This document shows, one piece after another, positions 43,501 to 48,451 of a stretch of 57,544 nt of DNA; the first letter of the stretch is position 1; every line of letters starts with the position of its first letter. Source of the DNA: an uncultured Eubacteriales bacterium (GTDB lineage: Bacteria; Bacillota; Clostridia; Lachnospirales; Lachnospiraceae); NCBI GenBank assembly GCA_902803205.1, contig CADCOW010000100.1, positions 1 to 57,544 of the forward strand, in the 5' to 3' direction. Position numbers and translations under genes: made by a program. The notes below the pieces were generated by a model. That model had not been told where the DNA came from. It ran no database searches and was given only the letters and a program-made list of their open reading frames with translations.

Positions 43501-46500
43501 ATATCTATACCAACAGATTTATATCCAGCATCAACTTCAGAAGTTGTAGTCATAACAAATGAAACTCCTTACTGGAATACAGTTCAAAGTGCTACAGCTT
43601 ATGCAACTTGGAGAACAAAAGAAATAGCAGTTACATTTAATATAACTCTTGATAAAGAATCAGATTCTCAAAGTCCAATTACTTGGTCAAGAGATGTAGG
43701 ACAAACTTCAGGTAATAATCGTATCGGAAGATATATGTATACATCAAGAGTAGCTTCAACAAGCATACCAAAACCTGAGAGACCTGGATATAAGTTCATA
43801 GGTTGGAAGACTGCAGATAATGCTACAAAGATTTACTCAGCTGATACAGACTGGGAAAATATGGATATATATGAAAATACTACATTGTATGCTTATTGGA
43901 GAGGAGACACTTATACAGTAACATTTGACCTTTGGGGCGGATTTAATGGTGTTGGAGGCTCAACTCCTATGTTATCAAGCACTATAGTAGGAAAAGATGA
44001 AGATGGAAATGCTGGACAAACTTATTCTGCTGGAGTAGCATATGATATAGTAACAACTTCAATAGCTTATAAGTCATTATTCAGTACAGCATTTAACAAC
44101 ACTACAGACTTATTCAAACCAGTAAGAACAGGATATGACTTCGTTGGATGGTTTGCTCATAGAAGTGATAGATTCTGGAATCAAGGTTGGGATGCTTCAG
44201 GATATCATGGATATCGCAATAAACAAGGTGCAGATAATGAGCCACTTACAAAGAATGTAATGTTTGAAAGTTCAAATCTTGGATATACTACAGCATTACC
44301 ACAAAATGTAACTCTCTATGCATTATGGGTACCAAAGAATGTCAAGATAAGATATAAATATAACTGGGGCACTGATAATCAAAATAAAGCATTTAGAGGA
44401 ACAACTGAAGTAGCTAATACATATGTAGATTCAGAATTAGTATTTGGCGATAGATTTGGACAAGCAAGAGCAGCTGGAAGTATAAATAATGCTTCTGACA
44501 AGATGATTCCATCTGTGCAAGTACCAGGAAAGATATTTGCAAGCAATGCAAATGACCCTACAAAACAACATGCTTATCCAGCATCAGTAAGAACAGACAA
44601 TACTACAAGAAGAGAAGGATATACATTCAGAGGATATAATACTGCTGAAGACTTTAGTGGTGATTATATTACAAATGATACAGTATTTGACTATGCTGAT
44701 ACTACTAAGGAAGTATGGGCACACTTCACTCCAAATGATTACACAATTACATTTGTACCAAATACAAGTACAAATAATGCTGGTGGAAATGTAGGTGGAA
44801 GACAATACTATGATATAGAAAATGCAACATTTAAATTTAATGGTGCAGTTGTAGACTTAAATACTTGGACATCAGATGTTACATTTGGAACAAATACTTG
44901 GAGACTTCCTGTACCAGATCCAATACCTGGATATACATTCAAAGGTTGGTATACAAAGAATGCTGCAAATGCAGGTCTTATGAATAAGACTCAGACAGAA
45001 TGGGGAAGATATGTAGGTGGAGATTCTACAAATACTGCAGCAGCACCAAAATATGACTTGAACCTTGATGTAATAAGCGAAGGTTATGAATGGGTAAATG
45101 GTGCAGAGAACACAGCAGCCGCGAAAGAACAACTTAAGAAAGTTGCAAGAGATATAAAACTCTATGCAAGATGGGAAAGAAATAAATATAGAATTGATTG
45201 GAGAACAAATAGATATAATGGACTTTCTGAAGATGAGATAAATGGTTCTTCAATACCAAAACAAGTTGAGTCAAGAATTTCTACAGATGTATACTATGGT
45301 TTACCACTCAATATTGATAAAGATGGAAATGCAAGAACAGCTATGCCTACTACTTCAAGAGATGGTTATACATTTAAAGGTTGGAGTATAGAAGGCGGAC
45401 TTAGAACATCACCAATATTTGATTATGCAGGTGGTGAACAATTTAAACCAGTTGCAATGTATACATCAGGTGCTACAATACCTATGTATGCTATCTGGGA
45501 ACCAAAACTTTACACAGTAAAACTTAACTTCAATGCAAATGATACTAACTATAAGAGACCAAATATAGATAGTGCATATAATAATGCAGGAGATCATATA
45601 AATGATGTTGAGACTATGATAAGAAGTGACAATCCATCATCAGCATCTGGTTACGTAAATAGATTTACATTCAAAGTACCATTTGACGGACTAATTACTG
45701 ATTCAGCAAGCATACCAACAGGAACTAATGTTCACTTATATACTAACTATAATGCAGCAAGCACAAGTCATATAGAAGGATTTACATTTGATAAGTGGAC
45801 ATATGGAACTGCTAAGACAAGTGAAGAGTATGATTCAACACATAGATTAAATGCTTCATTTATAAGCACTTATGCAAGTGGCGATACAGTCAATATGTAC
45901 TCACAATGGACTCCAAAGACTTATACACTTAACATTGCTGGCTGGGCACATTCTGGTGAGACATATAGTTACAACGAAGTAGTTGAGATCTCATCACAAG
46001 ATATTACAGCAGAAGCTGGTATGATATTAATAGGTCTTGATTATAACCAAGGTGGCTTAGAACCACACTTCAATTTAGTAAATGATATTTCTAAGTTTAC
46101 AAGACTTACAGATGATGGAAGTATAACACTTGTACCAAGATTCAAATCACAAGAATTTGCTATTACATATAGAAATAGTAATGATAGAACAGTGATGACT
46201 GTTGATTCTACAAAGTATCCAGTATGGTATGATGTAGAAGGAAATAGTAACTTACCAGCATCAAGTTACCCTATAACAGAGATTCCTGAAAAACAAGGTT
46301 GGGAATTCCTTTGGTGGCAATATGATTGGGCAGAAGGCACTACAGGCACAGCTTCAGAGATAGTACTTCCACCAGTTGGTACTACAGGTGAGAAGGAAAT
46401 CACAGCAGTATGGACACCTGGAACAATAGAAGTTGTATTCCATAAGAATGATGGTTCTGGAGTAACTGCTATAGATGCTATAGGACTTGATAGAAAACTT

Positions 46501-47448
46501 AAGATTAATACTTATAACTGGACAAATGATGGTAATTCTAATTTAGTTATATCTTATTGGAACACAAGTCCAACAGGAAATGGTACTACTTATCAAATAA
46601 ATGGTACTATAGTATTACCAGAAAATGATTATTCAATAACAAGACTTGATTTATATGCTATTTGGGTAACTAATCCAAATGGTGGAGGCTCAGGTAGAAG
46701 TGGTAGAGGTGGTAATTCAGTAAATGGCGGCGGCTATAGTGGTGGCGGCGGCGGTGGCGGAGGCGGTGGAGGAGGCGGTGGTGCCGGTCTCGCAGCTGGC
46801 TCTGCAGCTTTTGGTGGAACTACACCACTCGGCGGCAATATCGGTGTAATTGCAGATGATAATGAAACTATTGCAAAGGCAGTTTACTCAAACAACAATG
46901 CAGCACAAGGTAGCTGGTTCTATAACCCAGTATCAAATGGTTGGTCATTTGCACTTACAGGTAACTTTGGTAATACTACAAATAATAACAAAGTTGCAGC
47001 AAATGGTTACTTCTTAGTTTCAAATTCTGTAGGTAACAAAGCTTGGTATAAGTTTGATGCATACGGAACTATGATGACTGGATGGCAAGTAGAAGCAAAT
47101 GCAGTATATTACTTAAATAACAATCCTAATAGTAAAGACTATGGAGCTATGATGAAGGGTTGGGTAACAGTAGATGGTCTTGATTACTACTTCGATAGTG
47201 CTGGTAAACTCTTAGTCAATGGTGTAACACCAGACGGATTTATAGTAAATGAGAATGGTGCAAAAGTAGGACTTGCTAATAACACTATGGGAGCACTCGC
47301 AGGAACACTCGACTTAAGCACAGCACAAGGACTTGTAAATGCAGCTCCACTCACAGTTACAACTACATTCGCAACATACATAGCATACTTAAATGCATTA
47401 AAACTTCAACAAATGACACAAATAGTTCCAACAACAACAGTACAATAA
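25531..47448 (+). CDS. Giant secreted cell-wall-associated surface protein / fibrillar adhesin, 7305 aa, paralog of 2993-25066
   Basis: One uninterrupted ORF. The AAGAGGTTTGGTTATGTTT RBS/start block is identical to gene 1. Signal peptide MFGEKMKKAISIALIFGMVLSGNGFTILASS. The domain order is the same as gene 1. Confidence 0.9.
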   Translation: MFGEKMKKAISIALIFGMVLSGNGFTILASSVDDAVLKSEQESENKGQKNYYQMMYQEQYYEQTTVVSNNLFGTENTEAENKENNIDSTTAFENDGSESGDENKPTLQGSNQNQITDGENYGIEKPEDAFNSEEENEENKANEEEPEVDETTTTVKEKEEETTVDETLVISSNENENQTTTNNNIDETTIVSEETTKNENEESTTAPVETTKEGEGEKETKSEEESTTVEESTTETSKIDESTTETSKVEEITTETSKVEESATETSKVEESTTETSKEETSATNESSVESSETTQETTTEEVTTTEETTTKVKDTEDEEATNSETKKNITESENATKSDADETENNNVDEATASNVSEKKEATLSEIDLITDLKSTESEIKFEKVEKATVSIATVSVASESETTATESVIRVVKYIVATRAQIATTSIWKVKKFLINDDLTGSFMGSDPTEEEMNEKYLPKKVRVLIADQLGNERVVTIDAKWDRIRVNLQSGAKVESVPTATKAFIPVNLSNRGLKVDVNKGTFAADTIDVAKEDADRKFNEQVQKGINEFYAESMSEELEKSGETIDETIETDEDGNIINTTIDDENNNQNEENNEQTSTTEKVENGDETTIKETTKEETTTEETTTEETTKEETTTNIAPTEATTEKGNTEEPTVAGFNLSENDAEPEADSGEVDDDGNKIVGSQASNNVANTSEATNDETTVSNNETTISVSTSSVIESGNDSAVVEPYKIETVYEKTTIEKVAESDLVEDPGLLGNVATQIVNPNTANFAVGGELNMDSALSDLANILGNDSVVIIPQLEPIQLKTFGSGNNKLGLTPNGGGGGGGLFGTPGPGSHEGHGSNINYHAAGQQYVTDLSHYTVVDKTWTNAYVVEKESDIRDYANDSSRNNCLLILGASFTINDDVDFKKKNFYLCANGNTLTFGFEEDTKNNTVKVGRILHCRDIIVTNCKTTGGMSGLNTTSTDVSTHVPYDRKASVSYVNESGTVAYKKVSATAIQGGENNADVVSVTNVKVEDIFSNVHDKIQFTGYNDDAAAFIRSTASYVFMGNVKATGLVGAQGGLMKVGDAELLHVRGCEFKDNKAFKGACFNVRFKKDTDAIVNGSANGTNRGVFIYDNTFENNAYAFFDRDDENPYTFGRYTFAKTHYYKVDGTGLLKERITTGFNNTDDGTGAGYTRANDSKPKTSGTYETYQYQNLGYEKTTYNYDKTEANGLVLVDNVGIGYYNDTAISIEGNSIKNNMPYDLCGAFHVSLSNSLSSSVPGRAGKDAINIDVFRNTIENNCQYKSSKNDGDVAAGLTISMNPDGYADHRTVRYEEAYKMSSNSEAESYQKAIYENGEYGVAGRLDFYSNLVYDNYNMSPNPAGISIRNIKEVHINNKKDPGIISGHTEGATRTLDARTNAAKHNYTSGGGAAFEFMRNGKTRVYNMLFEENEAVTKGGAVYINGEQDIEFVNEGTKENPTVTFKNNIARTFGGAVYASDSNMIKFTKVDFTNNYLLSGSRWVTTMGLADYYTNWFYGYQQGSIRKTLPKEMVDKSKTLFDKIVESSVDMPFASSTYLGQYYYVKDEDATYICTQSDATYKWSQLDDAWTYYEETRKSAARGFVEPYLFADTGKGVYVKRGSTETIDDMFAGSAALDGTNVIDKQKIGTYDLTTGAIGGKVVNMGKGGAIALVSSLDTKLIFDNCDIKDNISSFTGGAIYANTEKGLISISGNEASRSEVSGNLAGRSGGFMMIENTRASFSYVNVERNHAEQGGAIFTFTDPDKHYREEDSELYIYKTDIVENGFLTDADKTPHEDYVEPKENYNFSYFGDTSTGREAVADKGEIKTDGHNYTDINNEAKHTIHNATDKSDWVKIMKTGNADAGDSGTAFNSGGAIYTYASQVKFDTGAYVAKNENTLYSIAGSTILTRQTTNHDLNTKEEEITFEQNRGQYVFGHFSTFKARFQFYGGKIVNNELDEKAVSDAKYDYIDSVERKMGGKTVKIYTAYALSDFKKAEERSIVLGGNIMIKDNKEGTKVKNLALEEGEQDRNYKFELSKDQTLHKNAEIYLTPQSPNGMRYQLFGNSKDTWEEELVDRADRTARGEAWSNNGLWTDEWVASRSEGAVVQNIFKNDFADDPMDGRVIYTARNVANNSSGKAPDEAGYVQGDTPDFGQIYLEDPNNLISMKFELYDLDENGNHRYSSQLETQYFSRGSRVQSPLSDSRETMKFSTDSSIRLIDLVGYLGSENSKRFAVWDYSYQITKGDTPIRVVDENKLVRIAGEDDTYNVQTLYAINAMTNHRHKICGTPIGVPCNHPDGSTHDSEQYYYGDDGIDNLQEVSRKDYDEPDYVEGGHLSIEVSTLSQLMYARKHPEYMYVLTNDLIIEKSWWNREINGIINDTSKPLKNLKLCLNGHNIFINDNRQLATFFGDNCYICNCQEKEVNIHYNYDTSTSHNYYPNTTGAGYVFNIVNSGTNNTNLNIYGNDNGHIVIDGLYMYNTNNSLMNLSNNDKLSMANVDFKNIGRNGTFGNPSLLSTTLLDLPGDAYISTVSFTNVHQTLLSTNPGSTDHKMGQGIIRLYDYNEENKNLTYAKTQILKNVTFENVSVDKQYSAIIVSNLKNDGSQFDVENVSIATASIKGRAAIALSQADGYYKGNVTIKNSTFSNVNAPVDKVTTGYTGGAIYVGGLLGKLTIENNYFYSCGVKDDSISYVKALNGGAIYIGDTDILSSAPGYKGQSVDPIDIINNTFINNNGGNGGALYMKNVPDTNLLNNIFEENIANMGSAVYHENTNKACRQGSVDASNNTFTNNGTIDTANKVTTKGTYYIRLPKQEGKPATTYTFTNFKAVGNEGATSVLYADYLDKDNVVLFKGDTLMTDNIGGPVVSIYNSLGGTNAGYIRFTENTKIASNSTGTLWAIYSNKDCVINVQFAGVVTVSENKTNGNTEANIYASQRIRTGVVPGMKLDGLNSLLYYSTDTDQAIIEWATSSIAGFDTPGLYLEDHIKPDNEYPTSQFVIYKTNEPGSEYTVYIGKRTDAVVIRGYLTSTISTAKKMLAKRNARDVYMDNFATPTEALAELRLTQPQYNNYEFGGWIIKNSVGEFETLNYGKTKINVDDEITLDAYWITKTHDHKSCGCDKGTPCVHGTPDDETWIGAFRESVLGINNSANYLILEDMELTKTITDPKKGYTICLNGHTITRNINSTAMTSLVNITGTAPYETGFNLINCKNKTATVRFTGSGKSSYPLIKVVNNDYASTSIIMKNFEINSIKTQQSEEGCIVNASGVDLTWENITLDKSEVINKALLNMTNSKTNIIGNETNMDRTSFDFPGGYYLGSEGLLVFNGGEVEFNYVKLSNTRVPQREGLINLKNLKSFKVNNSRFENNENNVSYSAVFNVQDVKYASISNTSMINNYTGRSGGVFYIANLTTASTINIVDSDLYGNRATEDGSSIYYRNEEAGNKLIINIVDTRIANNTARGVQNGGGAISLFTKTGIVETEMTELNIKVTDANKAPINDTTARVRQFRENKSGANGGFIYAKDAIITIESTDTSLTSSDKALEFVSNDAGNGANGGTFYLERSILNLKAATGFVNAIDNKTVLNGKGSFIYSAGTDKVGNESSHKDGVYLKNVTVERGTALSVNDSLHGLVAIGPYSDLKLDGVVKIGEDTTGTTVPVHNGLYEFTNGADDLTINVTKASRSLADTFDYGVVGTPTSKIYATTEYKDFYVIGHYTDHDRAGGMKVNQVFFKDSGYDSEYLVSRAGAMNNRIVIISNTSGIVRFDIGSNATIKYKDNGGLDITRDQMLENTQTIPFDTGATLDDIFYTGATAPDKAGYDFKGWVTTIWDEVNSEYKIANFDFTNSLAYLPSPQTELNVYAVWAPNGENKIEVEHFEQLYFIDNTSISPNEYNYKLSSSLLDGKLIASRSDIEAMAPFNKGGNYRMILDLNGKTLEIQQDITSFNDDSYRARFEIKNGTIKYNSAKAKEHPMFTGSLLKLEGVNIEEFNMKGSVFADIKGDGTNANQGLHLKAYSNLGLVKPTNIERNVNITFRTNADGLEIGENTHFSYNSAKDGVTDYSLKDYPLIYLTAPKNGTYKSKIEGSSFDFNTYIYSYIMTEMSMAEVDYTLDITNSEFRTSLLTGEKFIKGYPGAAEDLNAIIKTVHKSSASTIGKYRISNVDFITGDMNVFNSIIDAYDTSLEIENMHFDNLKAVQNIIAQDAPTKAATLIATSSTFNNNKLNNHRGSVVIMRRKANTVVDRFTDVEIKDNSSTYAMAAYAVNSSVFTYPAYSFNGEIIVKNNKHENILNNRGTGDIVIPQFTSGEQVLAFNTVGNKPITTTSEISLYRQTVVDGDLVADKTWTPQVHDHTTERIFTMKDSNGVSDYVVYRDGISLRVAKTSSTLYKTITFNLNNGTDTITNEDIVVNTQYIAEGTYVDEPVEPINAAGYAFGGWYIVDTNTPNKYIRYDFTNTTSDDYRMWSATRSELYAMWTNKQIYLTVYSNDNGHPKSDASVIFAHTNPYKAYFKVPMGGKLSDAVEIRKYVPTAYDPTTLAPTEGAWDSWDATSEFTRGGLTDAGWFDKNGWNDGANDGADGWGNEWNRVESMFLIDNDKHSETLADGNLFVKWRGALIDINYNLNDASEGSGSTLATYSSVGVATQSYYNDTVGSAEYKLPVPTRVGYEFNGWYSDATLTNKVENETIFTWTTAPVFYAKWTAIKYTISYVTEPGDDTTGKTNENKDDEFKFDEAKNLARNGYKMVGHNFKWWVATDSETGIVATYSDMQNVINLATISDTNIKLAARWQAQETKMKFILNDTKGSNTATMSESLASKSVTYGKEIGELPVPERKGYRFAGWYKTVNSANNDNDVDLINADMIFNESLKSGSAFVPVKSGNVQEVSVYARWENNIYSIKTESGVAADDKYPVNSGEDYEYDLAFDFADSNIGKEYTRLKPKFETKASKKYQRDGYKYLGLYATYSDTVIFADNRTENVEFTKGKPLYNLGLKDIASGSNIVFVASWSELTYNLIVKSGHEILGEGVTFTNVSDYPATVSEFKNLKYTEEFVLSSKATPYEIEGYKFNGFTTKGYEFDFDSVLSGATFSDVIKNNENVTITLEGHWIRNPYTVVYKNARTEEEAAKVSGNLADQIFSVGEPQELRSISKLVYPGHTFEYWYDEGYVEGSVGNKATYSDIERVQDIRTDRDAVATLSAVWRDNEYSLIFNDNAPAGTTVRGTKEAIRDIKYTTEFDIGTPGFIVDGYRATKFTNHEKLAKSNPKYIITPSTTEEVNMVKELVDVDGTELELYLQWEPNEYKVKLDLNDGNSETKADPYISSISLAYNKQFKSQPEYMNIVRGAAGAPTRPGYKFSGWTKTPKLPTEEATELDKTEIFRPTELDISTYSMTIYAYWQAQPYTITVDANTIDEVDGHTKSVKGAKTATVKKVPYDQKINDPSIPRELPMSYLGGYEFTHYATASEWSEGMIKIDGDTIFNFEAGPTTIYAQYKPIKFKIHYSTNSDVNVEGNMPDQNITYADGTEFREIIESSESTTFKKKGYTFVNWTYTNPETLYNTKGKTIVRKPYTFDNKASASQIRESTGSVAIMIPNWKEHEYTITFSPATESLAASGHHDYTGRVNPMTLKYSQNANLPDRGYNITGYDLVAWVDANDSSKRYDLGAPISKLAGEEYGVKGENKEIKLNAVWQAKEFDITFIRNDASQNNGSTIASLSVAGVDMGQAAYTIKATYDSAFPDSVVYKTVHDLTKDIIATRSGYDFIGWSTEQNVAYIERVNKTVKADAVFKSTSTLRLYAMWKPKEVTARLYVQTRNFGVTPKWTTGARVGQDVDDTNPIEHTLYYDQPYNRSETQGLVTTALELPSTVGFDFVRYFAPREASESNPTAEWSSIGRESDVDRTKFVDIDTEGAARLDTFDSLYEENGKYYINLYGFWEVGAVKLYLVSTYSNADGSSPYRNSRDVTYGARVGYLSDGTLNPLPGYNNTTGPRRPGYDFVNWISIPTDLYPASTSEVVVITNETPYWNTVQSATAYATWRTKEIAVTFNITLDKESDSQSPITWSRDVGQTSGNNRIGRYMYTSRVASTSIPKPERPGYKFIGWKTADNATKIYSADTDWENMDIYENTTLYAYWRGDTYTVTFDLWGGFNGVGGSTPMLSSTIVGKDEDGNAGQTYSAGVAYDIVTTSIAYKSLFSTAFNNTTDLFKPVRTGYDFVGWFAHRSDRFWNQGWDASGYHGYRNKQGADNEPLTKNVMFESSNLGYTTALPQNVTLYALWVPKNVKIRYKYNWGTDNQNKAFRGTTEVANTYVDSELVFGDRFGQARAAGSINNASDKMIPSVQVPGKIFASNANDPTKQHAYPASVRTDNTTRREGYTFRGYNTAEDFSGDYITNDTVFDYADTTKEVWAHFTPNDYTITFVPNTSTNNAGGNVGGRQYYDIENATFKFNGAVVDLNTWTSDVTFGTNTWRLPVPDPIPGYTFKGWYTKNAANAGLMNKTQTEWGRYVGGDSTNTAAAPKYDLNLDVISEGYEWVNGAENTAAAKEQLKKVARDIKLYARWERNKYRIDWRTNRYNGLSEDEINGSSIPKQVESRISTDVYYGLPLNIDKDGNARTAMPTTSRDGYTFKGWSIEGGLRTSPIFDYAGGEQFKPVAMYTSGATIPMYAIWEPKLYTVKLNFNANDTNYKRPNIDSAYNNAGDHINDVETMIRSDNPSSASGYVNRFTFKVPFDGLITDSASIPTGTNVHLYTNYNAASTSHIEGFTFDKWTYGTAKTSEEYDSTHRLNASFISTYASGDTVNMYSQWTPKTYTLNIAGWAHSGETYSYNEVVEISSQDITAEAGMILIGLDYNQGGLEPHFNLVNDISKFTRLTDDGSITLVPRFKSQEFAITYRNSNDRTVMTVDSTKYPVWYDVEGNSNLPASSYPITEIPEKQGWEFLWWQYDWAEGTTGTASEIVLPPVGTTGEKEITAVWTPGTIEVVFHKNDGSGVTAIDAIGLDRKLKINTYNWTNDGNSNLVISYWNTSPTGNGTTYQINGTIVLPENDYSITRLDLYAIWVTNPNGGGSGRSGRGGNSVNGGGYSGGGGGGGGGGGGGGAGLAAGSAAFGGTTPLGGNIGVIADDNETIAKAVYSNNNAAQGSWFYNPVSNGWSFALTGNFGNTTNNNKVAANGYFLVSNSVGNKAWYKFDAYGTMMTGWQVEANAVYYLNNNPNSKDYGAMMKGWVTVDGLDYYFDSAGKLLVNGVTPDGFIVNENGAKVGLANNTMGALAGTLDLSTAQGLVNAAPLTVTTTFATYIAYLNALKLQQMTQIVPTTTVQ
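26221..26370 (+). repeat. 30-bp in-frame tandem repeat x5 (ESTTETSKVE)
   Basis: Five consecutive 30-nt units starting at 26221. Confidence 0.85.
28048..38690 (+). other. Four beta-helix cassettes of giant protein 2
   Basis: Cassette heads at about 28048 (SHEGHG..LCANGN), 32386 (NHRHKICGTPIGVPCNH..LCLNGH), 34867 (THDHKSCGCDKGTPCVH..ICLNGH) and 37150 (..ILDLNGK). PMP-type GGA[IV]Y/F..N motifs are seen, for example, at 29770-30000, 30540-30830 and 33500-33850. Confidence 0.6.
38692..46670 (+). repeat. Array of about 25 Listeria-Bacteroides (Flg_new) domains in giant protein 2
   Basis: Same unit signature as gene 1. Isolated extra copies lie at about 34600-34865 and about 36820-37125. Confidence 0.75.
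46681..46785 (+). repeat. Gly-rich hinge with an uninterrupted GGN tract (46741-46782)
   Basis: GGGSGRSGRGGNSVNGGGYSGGGGGGGGGGGGGG. Confidence 0.9.
46909..47270 (+). other. Cell-wall-binding (CW_binding_1-type) repeats, C-terminal anchor of giant protein 2
   Basis: KAWYKFDAYGTMMTGWQVEANAVYYLN...GAMMKGWVTVDGLDYYFDSAGKLLVNG. Confidence 0.7.
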
Positions 47449-47461
47449 TTACATAAAATAT

Positions 47462-47496
47462 AAAAGTGGGAGATTTTCTCCCACTTTTTATTTTTT
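47462..47496 (+). terminator. Rho-independent terminator of giant gene 2
   Basis: AAAAGTGGGAG / CTCCCACTTTT stem, loop ATTTT, followed by a T-rich tail. Confidence 0.8.
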
Positions 47497-47627
47497 AAAT
47501 TTGGGGACGGGGTATATTATTGGTGATTTGGGGACACCCTTGGGCGGATGATATCCGCCCCTACAGAATTTAAGTTTGGGTAAATTTGGGGACGGGGTAT
47601 ATTATTGCAATTTTGGGGACACTGTTG
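47497..47627. repeat. Left composite flank: B(+) 47497-47540, A(-) 47542-47564, B(+) 47582-47627
   Basis: AAATTTGGGGACGGGGTATATTATTGGTGATTTGGGGACACCCT, then GGGCGGATGATATCCGCCCCTAC, then TAAATTTGGGGACGGGGTATATTATTGCAATTTTGGGGACACTGTTG. Confidence 0.9.
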
Positions 47628-47633
47628 TATAAT
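47605..47633 (+). promoter_or_regulatory. Candidate promoter of the transposase gene, built partly from the B repeat
   Basis: TTGCAA (47605-47610), 17 nt spacer, TATAAT (47628-47633). GGAGG RBS at 47640-47644. The leader would be very short. Confidence 0.4.
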
Positions 47634-47652
47634 TGTTGTGGAGGACTAAAAT

Positions 47653-48447
47653 ATGCCAAGAGTTGCAAGAGATATTTCAGAAACAAAAATTTATCATATT
47701 ATGAGTAGAGCATTAAACAAACAAACTCTATATGATGATGAACAAGACTTCTTATATTTTTTAAAATTACTTAAAGAAGTGAAAAACGAAACGCATTTCG
47801 AATTGTATGCATATTGCATAATGACAAATCATTATCATTTGTTATTAAAAGAACATGATGTGAAGATAAGTGCAATTATGAATAAAATTAATTCACGATA
47901 TGCAAATTATTACAATTTAAAAAATGGAAGAACTGGTTATGTATTTAACGACCGTTTTCATAGTGAAAGTGTTGACAATTCATCATATCTTTTTAGGTGT
48001 GCGAGATACATTCATCAAAATCCAGTAAAAGTGGGGCTGTGCGATAAAACTTATAATTACAAATTTTCATCTATACATGCATATAGAAGACAGAAAGGAA
48101 ATTATTTAAAACTTGTTGACACTGATTTTATAAATAAGAATTTTAAGTCAAATGAGTTCGCAAGTTGGAATGACTTGGAGAGCCATGATAGATGTATGGA
48201 CATAGCAAATAATAAATTGTCTGATAAGGAAGTGACAAATATTTTATATAAACTCATGAAAGTTGATAATAAAAAAGAGTTTTTAAAAAAGAGTGAAGCG
48301 GAACAAATGTATTACATAATAAAACTTATAGATATGTCTATACCTTTAAAACAATTATCAAGAGTTACAGGACATAGTTATTATAAATTGCAAAAGTTGA
48401 GACGTGGTAAAGTTGGAAATGTAACTAAACTTACTTATAAACCATAG
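47653..48447 (+). CDS. IS200-like Y1 (HUH) tyrosine transposase of the REP-associated (RAYT-like, COG1943) type with a C-terminal HTH region
   Basis: N-terminus MPRVARD..IYHIMSRALNKQTLYDDEQDFLYFL. HUH motif NHYHLLL (H60/H62). Candidate catalytic Tyr in RYIHQNPVK (Y119). The C-terminal ~80 aa look helix-turn-helix-like. Confidence 0.8.
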   Translation: MPRVARDISETKIYHIMSRALNKQTLYDDEQDFLYFLKLLKEVKNETHFELYAYCIMTNHYHLLLKEHDVKISAIMNKINSRYANYYNLKNGRTGYVFNDRFHSESVDNSSYLFRCARYIHQNPVKVGLCDKTYNYKFSSIHAYRRQKGNYLKLVDTDFINKNFKSNEFASWNDLESHDRCMDIANNKLSDKEVTNILYKLMKVDNKKEFLKKSEAEQMYYIIKLIDMSIPLKQLSRVTGHSYYKLQKLRRGKVGNVTKLTYKP

Positions 48448-48451
48448 AGTT

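Noticed and set aside
2993-47448. Large clostridial toxin (TcdA/TcdB-like) because of CROP-like repeats and the large size.
   Set aside because: Only 3-4 wall-binding repeats are present at the extreme C-terminus. No glucosyltransferase (DXD) or cysteine-protease region was recognised, and a classical Sec signal peptide is present. The architecture is that of a fibrillar adhesin.
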